Below are positions 16,714-27,039 of a stretch of DNA of 64,000 bases, piece after piece; within the stretch, counting starts at the first letter, position 1; each line of letters opens with the position of its first letter. This DNA comes from Bacteroidales bacterium UBA1176 (GTDB lineage: Bacteria; Bacteroidota; Bacteroidia; Bacteroidales; WCHB1-69), in assembly GCA_002311645.1 (NCBI GenBank), contig DBYW01000034.1, forward strand, positions 146,996 to 210,995, given 5' to 3'. Under the pieces are notes generated by a model. The model was not told the DNA's origin, searched no databases, and saw only the letters and a list, made by a program, of their open reading frames with translations. The position numbers and the translations under genes were made by a program.

Positions 16714-17592
16714 TTATTTTCCTTCGATTTCCACGTTGGGGTCGATGCGTTTGACAAGTCCTTGCAGAGCGTTGCCCGGGCCAAATTCGACAAAGCGGGT
16801 GGCGCCGTCAGCGATCATTTGCTGCACGGACTGTGCCCAGCGCACGGGGCTGGTGAGTTGCACCAACAGGTTGCGCTTGATGGTGTCGGGATCGGAGGAT
16901 GGTTGTGCCGTGGCATTCTGGTAGATGGGGCAGGAAGGCTGGCGGAAACAGCACTGTTCGATGGCCTCCGCCAACTCTTCTTGGGCTGGCTGCATGAGCG
17001 GGGAGTGGAAGGCTCCGCCCACGTTGAGGGGCAACAGCCGGCGGGCGCCGGCCTCGCGCAGGCGCTCCTGGGCCAACTCCAATCCGCGCAAACTGCCGGA
17101 AATCACTAATTGCTGGGGACTGTTGTAGTTGGCGGGCACCACAACCTCATCCGTTATTTCGGCGCACACCTGCTCGGTCACCTGGTTGTCGAATTTCAAG
17201 ACGGCCACCATGCCGGACGCTTGCGCCTCGCAGGCCCGCTGCATGGCATGGGCACGGTGCGACACCAAGACGAGTCCATCCTCGAACGAGAGGCACCCAT
17301 TGACCACCAAGGCCGTCAACTCGCCCAACGAGTGACCCGCCACCATGTCGGGTTCCCTGTCGGCGAGGCACCGGTGGGCGACATACGCGTGGAGGAACAC
17401 CGCCGGCTGGGTGACCTTGGTTTGCTTCAACTCCTCGTCGCTGCCGGTGAACATGATTTCCGACAACGGAAATCCCAAAACCGCATCCGCCTGCGCAAAC
17501 AACTGTTGCGCAAGCGGAAACTGTTCGTACAAATCCTTCCCCATGCCCGAAAACTGAGCGCCCTGGCCAGGGAAAACGTGTGCTTCTTTCAT
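16714..17592 (-). CDS. fabD: Malonyl-CoA-ACP transacylase
   Basis: FPGQGAQ, AGHSLGE, GAFHSPLM and EFGPG motifs. Confidence 0.97.
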   Translation of the reverse strand: MKEAHVFPGQGAQFSGMGKDLYEQFPLAQQLFAQADAVLGFPLSEIMFTGSDEELKQTKVTQPAVFLHAYVAHRCLADREPDMVAGHSLGELTALVVNGCLSFEDGLVLVSHRAHAMQRACEAQASGMVAVLKFDNQVTEQVCAEITDEVVVPANYNSPQQLVISGSLRGLELAQERLREAGARRLLPLNVGGAFHSPLMQPAQEELAEAIEQCCFRQPSCPIYQNATAQPSSDPDTIKRNLLVQLTSPVRWAQSVQQMIADGATRFVEFGPGNALQGLVKRIDPNVEIEGK

Positions 17593-17604
17593 GCTACTCG
17601 TACA

Positions 17605-18831
17605 TTATAGATTAAAAGCCTCCTTGATTTTACCCACGTAATCCAGTTTTTCCCACGGGAAGAACGTAACGGTACGTCCGTTCTCCAAGGTTTTTTCGTA
17701 AGAGTCGCGGCCAAAGTGTCCGTATGAGGCTGTGGGTTTGTAAATAGGGTTCTTGAGTTGGAACCGCTCGATGATGCCGTAGGGGGTCATGTCGAAAATA
17801 CCCTTGATGGCTTCGGCGATGGCTCCGTCGTGCATCTTGACGGTCGCCGTGCCGTATGTATTGACATAGAGACCCACCGGTTTTGCTTCGCCGATGGCGT
17901 ATGCCACTTGCACCAACGCTTTGCTGCAGAGGCCGGCGGCAACCATATTCTTGGCGATATGCCGGGCGGCGTAGGCTGCGGAGCGGTCCACCTTGGAGGG
18001 ATCCTTGCCGGAGAAGGCTCCGCCACCATGGGCACCATGGCCACCGTAGGTGTCGACGATGATCTTGCGCCCTGTGAGGCCGGTGTCGCCGTGCGGACCG
18101 CCAATGACGAACTTGCCCGTAGGGTTGACCAACAGATTCTTGTCATAGTCGAAATGGTCGAACAGACGCTGCACCGTCTCCGGACAGTTCTTGATGACGC
18201 GCGGGATGAGGATGTCACGCACATCACGCTTGATGTCCTCTTGACTGGCATCCTCGTCGTGCTGGGTGGAGAGCACGATGGTGTCGATTCCTTCCGGAAC
18301 GTTGTCGTCGGAGTAGCGGACGGTCACCTGCGACTTGGAGTCAGGACGCAAATAGGTCATCACCTTGCCCTCCTTGCGGATGGCGGCGAGTTCTTGCACC
18401 AGCATGTGTGCCAACTCGATGGTGAGGGGCATGTAGTTGTCCATCTCGTCGCAGGCATAGCCGAACATCATGCCTTGGTCGCCGGCTCCTTGGGCCTCTT
18501 TGGCTTCACGCACCACACCCTGGTTGATGTCGCTGGATTGGCCATGGATGGTGGACACGATACCGCACGACTGGCTGTCGAACTGATACTCGCTCTTGGT
18601 GTAGCCCACCTCCTTGATTACTTTTCTTACGATTTCATCCACGGAAACGTAGGTCTTGGTCTTGACCTCGCCCGCGCAGACCACCAGTCCGGTGGTCACC
18701 AAAGTTTCGCAAGCCACTTTGGACTCTGGATCGTCTGTCAAAAAAGCGTCCAGCAAAGCGTCTGAAATTTGATCACTCAGTTTGTCCGGGTGTCCTTCAG
18801 ATACTGATTCAGATGTGAATAGATAGCTCAT
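17605..18831 (-). CDS. metK: S-adenosylmethionine synthetase
   Basis: [19 protein letters not shown] and [16 protein letters not shown] motifs. Confidence 0.98.
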   Translation of the reverse strand: MSYLFTSESVSEGHPDKLSDQISDALLDAFLTDDPESKVACETLVTTGLVVCAGEVKTKTYVSVDEIVRKVIKEVGYTKSEYQFDSQSCGIVSTIHGQSSDINQGVVREAKEAQGAGDQGMMFGYACDEMDNYMPLTIELAHMLVQELAAIRKEGKVMTYLRPDSKSQVTVRYSDDNVPEGIDTIVLSTQHDEDASQEDIKRDVRDILIPRVIKNCPETVQRLFDHFDYDKNLLVNPTGKFVIGGPHGDTGLTGRKIIVDTYGGHGAHGGGAFSGKDPSKVDRSAAYAARHIAKNMVAAGLCSKALVQVAYAIGEAKPVGLYVNTYGTATVKMHDGAIAEAIKGIFDMTPYGIIERFQLKNPIYKPTASYGHFGRDSYEKTLENGRTVTFFPWEKLDYVGKIKEAFNL

Positions 18832-18895
18832 GTCTAACGTTTTAAATTTTTGATAATAAATAAATTACACAGGAAAACACGGGCTCGTTTGGAAT

Positions 18896-18945
18896 GGTTT
18901 TAGCATTTTTTCAAGTGGTTGCAATCATTACAAATCTGTCCACGA
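18896..18945 (-). promoter_or_regulatory. SAM-II-like riboswitch in the metK leader
   Basis: Minus strand GTGG-ACAGATTTG-TAATGA-TTGCAA-CCAC-TTGAAAAAAT-GCTAAAA gives P1 GTGG/CCAC plus the GATTT, TTGCA and GCTAAA elements of SAM-II; it lies directly upstream of metK. Confidence 0.7.
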
Positions 18946-18956
18946 TTTTCCGGCGG

Positions 18957-18983
18957 CAAAAATACACTTTTTTTGTATCTTTG
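18957..18983. promoter_or_regulatory. Back-to-back Bacteroidetes -7 promoter boxes (metK and DUF1846 gene)
   Basis: TATTTTTG on the minus strand (18957-18964) and TATCTTTG on the plus strand (18976-18983) both match TAnnTTTG. Confidence 0.65.
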
Positions 18984-19009
18984 CACCCCGTATTTCTAAT
19001 GCCAAAATT

Positions 19010-20473
19010 ATGAAAAACGGTTTCGACAACGACAAGTACTTAAGAATCCAATCGGAGCATATTAAGGAACGTATCTCAAAATTTGGAGACAAGCTTTACC
19101 TTGAGTTCGGGGGCAAGCTCTTCGATGATTTCCATGCCAGTCGTGTGTTGCCGGGTTTCCAGCCCGACAGCAAGTTACGCATGTTGATGCAGTTGAAGGA
19201 CGATGCGGAGATCATCATCGTCATCAGTGCCATCGACATCGAGAAGAACAAGGTGCGCGGCGACATCGGCATCACCTACGACGAGGACGTGTTGCGTCTG
19301 CGCGAGGTCTTCCAGAGCCGCGGACTTTACGTCAGCTCGGTGGTCATCACGCATTGCAACGGCCAGGCGAGCGCGGCGGCCTACCGCGAGCGTCTTGAGC
19401 GCATGGGCATCCGTGTCTACTACCACTACACCATTGAAGGCTACCCCACCAACGTCGACCTCATCGACTCCGAAGAGGGTTTTGGCAAGAACGACTACGT
19501 GGAGACCACGCGACCGTTGGTGGTGGTCACCGCACCGGGACCGGGCAGCGGCAAGATGGCCGTCTGTCTCAGCCAGCTCTACCAGGAGAACCGCCGCGGG
19601 CTTAAAGCCGGATATGCCAAGTTCGAAACCTTCCCCATCTGGAGCATCCCCCTCAAGCATCCTGTCAACGTGGCCTACGAAGCCGCCACCGCCGACCTCA
19701 ACGATGTCAACATGATCGACCCGTTCCATTTGGAGGCATATAACAAGACTGCGGTCAACTACAACCGCGACATTGAGATTTTCCCCGTGTTGAACGCCAT
19801 TTTCGAGGGCATCTATGGCGAAAACCCCTACAAGTCGCCCACCGACATGGGCGTCAACATGGCGGGGTTCTGCATCTCCGACGACGAGGTTTGCTGCAAG
19901 GCCTCCTACGCCGAGATCATCCGCCGCTATTTCACGGCGCTGTGCAACCTGGCCAACGGCAAGGCCTCCGAAAACGAGGTCAACAAGATTTCGTTGCTGA
20001 TGAAACAGGCGAAGATCAAGCCGGAGGACCGCCAAGCCACTGTAGCCGCGCGCGAGCGCAAGGAACGGGATGGCGTCGCCACCGCCGCCATCGAGTTGGC
20101 CGACGGCACACTCATCACCGCCAAGACCAGTCCGCTGTTAGGCCCGAGCGCCGCCCTGCTGCTCAACGCCACCAAGCATCTCGCCGGCATCGACCATGAC
20201 ATCAAACTCATCCCGCAGGAGATGATCGAGCCCATCCAGAAGACAAAAGTCTCCCTGCTGCACGGCCACAACCCGCGCCTCCACACCGACGAGGTGCTCG
20301 TGGCCCTCTCCATGCTCAGCCTGCATGACGACAACTGCCGCCGCGCACTCGAATGCCTGCCACAGCTCAAAGACTGCCAGGCACACTCCACCGTCATGCT
20401 CAGCGAAGTGGACCACAAGATCTTCAAGAAATTAGGCATCGGCCTCACCTGCGACCCCATCCGAAAAAAATAA
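19010..20473 (+). CDS. DUF1846 / UPF0371 family protein
   Basis: KLYLEFGGKLFDDFHASRVLPGF, TAPGPGSGK, YAKFETFP and SPTDMGVNM motifs. Confidence 0.92.
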   Translation: MKNGFDNDKYLRIQSEHIKERISKFGDKLYLEFGGKLFDDFHASRVLPGFQPDSKLRMLMQLKDDAEIIIVISAIDIEKNKVRGDIGITYDEDVLRLREVFQSRGLYVSSVVITHCNGQASAAAYRERLERMGIRVYYHYTIEGYPTNVDLIDSEEGFGKNDYVETTRPLVVVTAPGPGSGKMAVCLSQLYQENRRGLKAGYAKFETFPIWSIPLKHPVNVAYEAATADLNDVNMIDPFHLEAYNKTAVNYNRDIEIFPVLNAIFEGIYGENPYKSPTDMGVNMAGFCISDDEVCCKASYAEIIRRYFTALCNLANGKASENEVNKISLLMKQAKIKPEDRQATVAARERKERDGVATAAIELADGTLITAKTSPLLGPSAALLLNATKHLAGIDHDIKLIPQEMIEPIQKTKVSLLHGHNPRLHTDEVLVALSMLSLHDDNCRRALECLPQLKDCQAHSTVMLSEVDHKIFKKLGIGLTCDPIRKK

Positions 20474-20481
20474 TCACCAAT

Positions 20482-22077
20482 ATGAGAAAAGCCATCCTCC
20501 TCTTAGCGTCCGCCCTGCTCCTGATAGGCACGGCCCACGCCCAATTTGAAGTCGACCCCGTCACAGGCAATATGGAGTGCACCTCCATCACTATCGGCAA
20601 ACGCGCCTCGGCTGACGGCTCCGTGATGACCTCGCACACCGACGACAGCCACCGGTCGCGCACCAACATCATGGTGGAACCCGCCAAAGACCATCCACAA
20701 GGCACCAAGCAGACCTTGTACAAAAGGGTCTGGGCCAAGAACGAACCGGGCAAGATGGCCCGCTACGAAGACGTGCCTGTGGGCGAGATTGACCAAGCCC
20801 CGCACACATATCAGTTCTTCAACACAGCCTATCCCTGCGTGAACGAGAAACAGTTAGCTATCGGCGAATCGACCTTCGGGGGACGCGCAGAACTCAAGTC
20901 CGACAAGGGACTCATCGACTGCCAACGCCTCTGTATGCTGTTGTTGCAGCGCTGCGCCACCGCACGCGACGCCATCCGCACCGCCGGTGAACTGCTCAAA
21001 CAACACGGCTGGATCGATGCCGGCGAATGCCTCACCATCGCGGACAAGAACGAAGTCTGGCACCTCGAGATCCTCGGTCCCGGCAAGGACAAGGTGGGTG
21101 CCGTCTGGGCCGCGCAGCGCGTGCCCGACGACCATGTGGCCGTCAACGCCAACGCCTCCACCATCCGGGAGATAGACCTCAAAAACAAAGACTACTTCAT
21201 GGCCTCCGACAACGTGTACAGCTTGGCCAAGGAGATGGGCTGGTGGGACGGCAAGTCCACCTTCCAGTTCGCCTACGCCTACGCACCAGCCACCCGCACC
21301 ATGATAGCCTGCCGTCGCCGCGAATGGCGTGTCTTCGACCTGCTCGCCCCCTCCCTGCACTTGGACCCCAACTCTGAAAACTACCCCTTCTCCGTCAAAC
21401 CCGACACCCTCGTGACTGTTGAAAAGATGATGAGCCTCTTCCGCGACTATTATGAAGGCACGCCATACGACATGCGCAAAACCTTGACCGTGGCCGACAA
21501 AGAAGGCAAACAGGTCATTTCGCCGATGGCCAATCCCTTCATGAAGGCCGATGAGATGAAGCTCCACAAGATCAACGGCGGGTGGGACGAGCGTGGGGAA
21601 CGCAACATAGCGGTGCATTTCACCGTGTATGGCACCATCATCCAATGCCGGGCGAAGATGCCCGATGAAGTAGGGGCACTTTGCTGGTTTGCCCTTGACA
21701 ACGTGGCCTCCTCCGTCTATGTGCCGCTGTATGCCAACGTTACGGACCTGCCAGCCACCTACAAAACTGACGGGCGTGAGACAGGCTTCAGCAAGGACGC
21801 GGCCTGGTGGGCCTTCAACCGCGTGGGCACCATCGCGGCACAACGCTGGGGCGACATGCACATCGTCATCGACAACGTTTGGCAACCTTTAGAAAAAGAG
21901 TTCCGTGAAAGCAGCCTGCAAATCGAGCAGGAAGCCCTGCGCCAGCTACGCGACGGCAACCGCGACGGCGCCATCAAGACCCTCACCGATTACTCCAACG
22001 AATGCGGCAACCGCGCCGTGCAACAAGCCTGGAAACTCGGCGACCACATCTGGACCGTCTTCGATGGAATGTGGTAA
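20482..22077 (+). CDS. Secreted C69-family dipeptidase (Ntn hydrolase)
   Basis: Start placed at ATG 20482 (MRKAILLL signal peptide). ECTSITIGKRASADGS catalytic Cys, NEKQLAIGESTFGG and WAAQRVPDD motifs. Confidence 0.9.
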   Translation: MRKAILLLASALLLIGTAHAQFEVDPVTGNMECTSITIGKRASADGSVMTSHTDDSHRSRTNIMVEPAKDHPQGTKQTLYKRVWAKNEPGKMARYEDVPVGEIDQAPHTYQFFNTAYPCVNEKQLAIGESTFGGRAELKSDKGLIDCQRLCMLLLQRCATARDAIRTAGELLKQHGWIDAGECLTIADKNEVWHLEILGPGKDKVGAVWAAQRVPDDHVAVNANASTIREIDLKNKDYFMASDNVYSLAKEMGWWDGKSTFQFAYAYAPATRTMIACRRREWRVFDLLAPSLHLDPNSENYPFSVKPDTLVTVEKMMSLFRDYYEGTPYDMRKTLTVADKEGKQVISPMANPFMKADEMKLHKINGGWDERGERNIAVHFTVYGTIIQCRAKMPDEVGALCWFALDNVASSVYVPLYANVTDLPATYKTDGRETGFSKDAAWWAFNRVGTIAAQRWGDMHIVIDNVWQPLEKEFRESSLQIEQEALRQLRDGNRDGAIKTLTDYSNECGNRAVQQAWKLGDHIWTVFDGMW

Positions 22078-22101
22078 TTTTGTGTTTTTTCTATAAAATT
22101 C

Positions 22102-22129
22102 GCAGGGACGGGGCGCGCCCCGTCCCTAC
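22102..22129. repeat. GTAG-type REP palindrome
   Basis: GCAGGGACGGGGCGCGCCCCGTCCCTAC, a near-perfect palindrome ending in CTAC. Confidence 0.75.
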
Positions 22130-22196
22130 ACACAGCAATAACATGATGTCTGTGTATATTCATAAATTAATTACTTTTGCACACTAATCCACAATC

Positions 22197-23714
22197 ATGG
22201 GAATCATCATACGACAGAGCATCAAGGGCACTTTGGTGAACTACTTGGGCGTCATCATCGGCTTTGTCACCACTTTCTTTGTCATCACCAGCTATCTGAC
22301 AACGGAAGAGGTGGGACTGACGCGTGTGCTCATCGATGCTGCCATACTATTTGCCAGCTTCTCCCAGTTGGGCACAAGCTCCTCCATCATCCGTTTTTTC
22401 CCCTATTTTAAAAACGACGACGGAAAAAACCACGGATTCTTCTTTTGGACACTTTTGTTCCCTGTTGTAGGGTTTTTGATTGTCTGGGGGTTATTCATAT
22501 TGTTCAAACAACCCATCATCAATCTGTTTTCGGAAAAATCGCCGCTTTTTGTCAACTATTTCCGATATGTGATCCCATTGGGGCTGTTCATGCTCTACCA
22601 ATTCGTGTTCGAGGCGAACGCCAACGTGCTGATGCGCATTGTGGTGCCCAAGATGGTGCGCGAGGTGGGCATCCGCGTCGGACTGCTCATCATCTACATC
22701 CTTTACGGTTACCATGTCATCACACTTGACGGATTGGTTATCGGCTTCTGTATCACTTACTTCCTCGCAGCTCTTATTGACATCATATACCTTTTCACAC
22801 TGCAAAAGATTTCGCTGAAGCCAGATTTGAAATTCATCACCAAACCTTTGGCTAAGGATTTTCTTTTCTACACGCTTTTTCTGGTTTTGGCGGCCATCGC
22901 AGGTACTGTCACACCCCTGCTCAGCTCCTTCTTCGTGAGTGCTAAGATGGGGTTGGCCTTCACCGGCATCTACGCCATCGCCAACTATATCGCCACCGTC
23001 ATTGAAATTCCCAACCGCTCACTCAATGCCATCGCGGGACCCAAAATGTCGGAATACATCAAAAACGAAAATTGGAAAGAAGCGGATGCATTGTGCAAAA
23101 ATGTCTCCTTGCACCTTCTGATTTCCAGCCTGTTCATCTTCTTTATCATTTGGATCAACGTTGACTTGCTTTTCATGATATTGAAAAACGGCGAAGAATA
23201 CACCACCGGCAAAAGCGTCATTTTCATATTGGGGCTTGCCCGCCTTTCCAACTCCACCCTAAGCCCAGGCGCCGGTCCGCTGCAGTTTTCGAAATATTAT
23301 TACATGTCGTTGATTTTCACCTTATTGTTGACAGTTTCCGCCATTCTTCTCAACATTTGGTTGATTCCTCTCTACGGCATGAACGGTTCCGCTTTCGCCA
23401 ATTTCGGTTCTTACCTTATATATTTTATATGTCTCTTGATCTTGGTGAAATGGAAGCTCAACATCTCCGTTTTTTCGTGGGGACAGTTGAAGGCTCTCGT
23501 GGTGGTAGGCATACTCTTTGGACTCAATTTCCTGTGGACAAAGACACTGACACCGTTGTTCGCCATGTTGCCCATCAAGGAAATCATCTCCGCACTGATA
23601 GAAGGTGCGCTCCGGACGGGGGTTCTTCTCCTCATTGGAGTCGCATCCGTCTATTATTGGCGCATCTCACCAGAGATCAACAATCTAATTGACAAGGTTT
23701 TGAAACGCGCTTAA
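22197..23714 (+). CDS. Polysaccharide flippase (MOP superfamily exporter)
   Basis: MGIIIRQSIKGTLVNYLG start typical of Bacteroidetes flippases, many hydrophobic segments and LNIWLIPLYGMNGSA motif. Confidence 0.85.
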   Translation: MGIIIRQSIKGTLVNYLGVIIGFVTTFFVITSYLTTEEVGLTRVLIDAAILFASFSQLGTSSSIIRFFPYFKNDDGKNHGFFFWTLLFPVVGFLIVWGLFILFKQPIINLFSEKSPLFVNYFRYVIPLGLFMLYQFVFEANANVLMRIVVPKMVREVGIRVGLLIIYILYGYHVITLDGLVIGFCITYFLAALIDIIYLFTLQKISLKPDLKFITKPLAKDFLFYTLFLVLAAIAGTVTPLLSSFFVSAKMGLAFTGIYAIANYIATVIEIPNRSLNAIAGPKMSEYIKNENWKEADALCKNVSLHLLISSLFIFFIIWINVDLLFMILKNGEEYTTGKSVIFILGLARLSNSTLSPGAGPLQFSKYYYMSLIFTLLLTVSAILLNIWLIPLYGMNGSAFANFGSYLIYFICLLILVKWKLNISVFSWGQLKALVVVGILFGLNFLWTKTLTPLFAMLPIKEIISALIEGALRTGVLLLIGVASVYYWRISPEINNLIDKVLKRA

Positions 23715-23854
23715 ACCCAACAGCCACCCACCCTTGCACCGCTACCGGAGTGCGATCTCACCGAAATAAGACCTGACAAAGTCTCTCATCTGTATAATCC
23801 TGTCGTGATTATACTATGCAGCAATAAATATTTTCGGCTTATACCAACCGTTTT

Positions 23855-24742
23855 TTAATATCGCGGATGGTATTTAGCGATATTGGTGCGGATGTAATCC
23901 TTGTCCAAATGCGTGTAAATTTCTGTGGTCGTGATGCTTTCATGACCCAGCATCTGCTGCACGGCGCGCAGGTCGGCGCCTCCCTCCACCAAGTGCGTGG
24001 CAAACGAATGGCGGAAGGTGTGCGGACTGATCTTCTTTTCAATACCGGCATCCTTGGCCCATTGCTTGACCAACATGAACACCATTTCGCGCGTGAGGTG
24101 GCTGCCGCGACGGTTCAAGAAGACATAGTCCTCCTCGCCCTTCTTGATTTTCAACTCCTTGCGCTTCCCGTCCACATATAAATTCACCATCTTTTGCGCC
24201 ATTGAGCCGACAGGCACGAAACGCTCCTTGTTGCCCTTGCCCACCACTTTCAGGAAACCCTCCTCGAAAAAAAGATTCGAAAGACGCAACGTCACCAATT
24301 CGCTGACACGCAGACCGCAACCGTACAACACTTCCGCCATGGCACGATTGCGGTGCCCTTCATTCGTGCTGAGGTCTATGCTGTTGAAGATGGCCTCTAT
24401 TTCCGGCAGCGTGAGCACGTCGGGCAGGTGCAAGCCAATCTTGGGTGCATCAAGCAACTCAGTGGGGTCTTCCTTCAGGGTGCCGTCGTAGAGCAAAAAA
24501 CCGTAAAAGGATTTCAACCCGGAGATGATGCGCGCCTGCGAACGTGTGGCCATGTCGTGATGGTAAAGACTCTTCACAAAAGCCTGTAAATCTTCCAAAG
24601 TGGCAGTCTCTATCGGTTTTTCGCCCAAAAAATCCTGCAAGAGGCGTACGTCATGCATATAGGCCTCCACGCTCTTTGGGCGCAAGGCCTTTTCATAGAC
24701 CAAATACTGCCGATAACGGACAATACAGGAATTTTCAGGCAT
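23855..24742 (-). CDS. xerD: Site-specific tyrosine recombinase XerD
   Basis: YGCGLRVSEL, GKGNKER, SPHTFRHSFATHL, LGHESITTTEIYTH; 295 aa in housekeeping context. Confidence 0.9.
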   Translation of the reverse strand: MPENSCIVRYRQYLVYEKALRPKSVEAYMHDVRLLQDFLGEKPIETATLEDLQAFVKSLYHHDMATRSQARIISGLKSFYGFLLYDGTLKEDPTELLDAPKIGLHLPDVLTLPEIEAIFNSIDLSTNEGHRNRAMAEVLYGCGLRVSELVTLRLSNLFFEEGFLKVVGKGNKERFVPVGSMAQKMVNLYVDGKRKELKIKKGEEDYVFLNRRGSHLTREMVFMLVKQWAKDAGIEKKISPHTFRHSFATHLVEGGADLRAVQQMLGHESITTTEIYTHLDKDYIRTNIAKYHPRY

Positions 24743-24748
24743 ACACGG

Positions 24749-25999
24749 CTATTTCAAGTCCTTTTCGATTTCAATTCGCAGCATGTTGAGGGCGGCATGG
24801 GCGGCGCGTTCCACGATTTGGGCACGCCCCGTGCGGCTGCCGAAGTGGAACTCATGGGTTGTCAAACGCACGGGCGTGGCCACGGCAATCCAGACCGTGC
24901 CCACAGGCTTCTGCTCCGTGCCGCCGTCAGGGCCGGCGATGCCCGACGTGGCAACCGCATAGTCGACATCGAAGAGTCCCATGGTGTTGAGGGCCATGTC
25001 GCTGACCACCTCCTCACTCACGGCCCCACGGCGTTTGAGGTTGTCCTCCCGCACGTTGAGCAGGTCGCGTTTCACCTCGTTGCTATAGGAGACCATCGCG
25101 CCCTCGAAATAGCGCGAACTGCCCGGCACGGAAGTGATGAGGTTGGCGATGCGTCCGCCTGTGCAACTCTCCGCCGTAGCCACCTTGCGGTTGGCGCGCA
25201 CCAGCAAATTTCCGACCACCGCCTCCATGGGCAGATCCTCGTCGGTGAAAGCATACATACCCGCTGCCTCCTTGAGCTTGGTGAACTGCTCGTCCAACTG
25301 GGCGGCAAGCCGCTCTTTATCATCGCCTTGCGCAGTGAGGCGCAGACGGATGATGCCCGGCACGGGTAAGTAAGCTAACTTGAATTCGGGCGGCAACTGC
25401 TGCTCGTATGACTCCAAAAGATCGGAGAGTCCGCTCTCGGTGATATTGGTGCATTGCAACACCTTATAGAGGATGGCATGGTGCTGCGTGTCGCGCTTTA
25501 TCAGGCGAGGCAGCACTTCCTCATTGAGGAGACGCTCCATCTCAAAGGGCACACCCGGGAGCATGACAAGCACCTTTCCCTCCTCTTCGAGCCAGAGACC
25601 CGGGGCTGTCCCCAACATATTGGGCAGCACCGTGCAACCCGTGGGTACGAGCGCCTGTTCGCGGTTGGTGTCCGTCAGCGTCATGCCGCGGGCCGCGAAG
25701 ATGTCCGTGACGTGCTTCAACACACCCTCGTCCATCACCAACTCCCGATGAAAGAGGTCGCATACCACCTTCTTGGTGATGTCGTCCTTTGTGGGGCCCA
25801 AGCCCCCCGTCATAATCACGGTGTCCGTCTTGCGGAAAGCCTCCCCCAAAGCTGCGCGTATGGCATCGCCACTATCCCCGATGGTGACCACCTCGGTGAG
25901 TTCAAAACCGGCTGCCGAAAACTGACGACCGACAAATGCGGCATTGGTGTTCACCACCTGCCCTATCAGGAGTTCGTCTCCAATATTAATGAGTATCAT
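24749..25999 (-). CDS. cinA: CinA-family protein (MoCF-like domain plus NMN deamidase)
   Basis: IGDELLIGQVVNTN, TGGLGPTKDD, TAESCTGG and SGIAGPDGG motifs. Confidence 0.95.
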   Translation of the reverse strand: MILINIGDELLIGQVVNTNAAFVGRQFSAAGFELTEVVTIGDSGDAIRAALGEAFRKTDTVIMTGGLGPTKDDITKKVVCDLFHRELVMDEGVLKHVTDIFAARGMTLTDTNREQALVPTGCTVLPNMLGTAPGLWLEEEGKVLVMLPGVPFEMERLLNEEVLPRLIKRDTQHHAILYKVLQCTNITESGLSDLLESYEQQLPPEFKLAYLPVPGIIRLRLTAQGDDKERLAAQLDEQFTKLKEAAGMYAFTDEDLPMEAVVGNLLVRANRKVATAESCTGGRIANLITSVPGSSRYFEGAMVSYSNEVKRDLLNVREDNLKRRGAVSEEVVSDMALNTMGLFDVDYAVATSGIAGPDGGTEQKPVGTVWIAVATPVRLTTHEFHFGSRTGRAQIVERAAHAALNMLRIEIEKDLK

Positions 26000-26744
26000 G
26001 TCTTTTTTCTTGTGCTTTTTTGAATTTTATCAGATTTATACGTTCCTGCATGAAAACCACGTATGGATTTTCCGGGTATTTTTGCTTCAAGTTTTGGACA
26101 ATATTCTCCAACATGCCGAAATTCTCTTCCGTGTTGAGGAAAAAACGTCTGTTGTAACTTTGGTAAAAAGCCATAAACGTGGACAAGCTTTCCGGATGCT
26201 TTTGGACAAAGTCTTTCAAATAAGCGGTATGCGCCTCCACCGCCTGCATGTAATTGGAGTCAATGCCGGCGCGAACTTCATCATTCTCCATATTCTGCTG
26301 ATAAACAACGTACCACTCCTCCGCTTTTTGGATAAACACCGACAAGGCACTATCCAACTGGGCACAGAGAACCGCATCTTCACTCCCTTTCACATGATAA
26401 AAAGAGGCTATTTTGTCGGCATTTGCCGTGAAATACAAATGATCACCTCCCTTTGCAATAGTTTTAAGAGCATTGTTTTCAGAAAGTTGCAACTGATACA
26501 ACATGGGAGTCGAAGCGCGCTTTTCGCTCTCCTCGTCGGTGGACCTGACCGTAAAGGCAAAGTGTCCGTTTTTCATGTGCACAGAATCCAAGCCAACAGT
26601 CTCGTTCACACCCACCAAGCGCAGCCGGACGAGGGCGTTGCCGCCACCCTGAAAGTCGCCTTCAATGACAATGTCGTTGTCATGATTTCGACAGGCTGAC
26701 AACAAAATACTGAATGCCAACAATATATAAAAAAACCGCTTCAT
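25986..26744 (-). CDS. Lipoprotein, DUF4369-like
   Basis: Lipobox LLSAC; LDSVHMKNGHFAF beta-domain followed by a helical region. Confidence 0.7.
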   Translation of the reverse strand: MKRFFYILLAFSILLSACRNHDNDIVIEGDFQGGGNALVRLRLVGVNETVGLDSVHMKNGHFAFTVRSTDEESEKRASTPMLYQLQLSENNALKTIAKGGDHLYFTANADKIASFYHVKGSEDAVLCAQLDSALSVFIQKAEEWYVVYQQNMENDEVRAGIDSNYMQAVEAHTAYLKDFVQKHPESLSTFMAFYQSYNRRFFLNTEENFGMLENIVQNLKQKYPENPYVVFMQERINLIKFKKAQEKRHDTH

Positions 26745-26944
26745 ATTTGGTTCTCTTTGGGTTGTTCGGGAGCGGCAATGGTGCAGGTTGCTGCAGATGT
26801 GTTGCCTGGGGTTGTGACGTTTTCACAGCCGCAGTTACGGTCGCGACGGTGCGGCGTGGCTCCGTTGATTTTTCTGGAGCAAGCGGAACTTATAAAAAGC
26901 ACGACGCTGACAGCCAAAAGGATGATTCTCACTTTCGTCTTCAT
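26741..26944 (-). CDS. Small hypothetical lipoprotein (67 aa)
   Basis: MKTKVRIILLAVSVVLFISSAC lipoprotein signal; its stop overlaps the start of the downstream gene. Confidence 0.6.
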   Translation of the reverse strand: MKTKVRIILLAVSVVLFISSACSRKINGATPHRRDRNCGCENVTTPGNTSAATCTIAAPEQPKENQI

Positions 26945-27039
26945 ATCTTTATCATAAAGGAGCGGCAAAAGTACGAAAAAAACGGTATTTTTGCAGCCGT
27001 TTTAAAATCTATAAGAATATCACGTTTACAACGACTGTC

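Noticed and set aside
23855-24742. Integrase of a mobile island or invertase
   Set aside because: Size, motifs and operon context with cinA fit housekeeping XerD; no att sites or cargo are evident.
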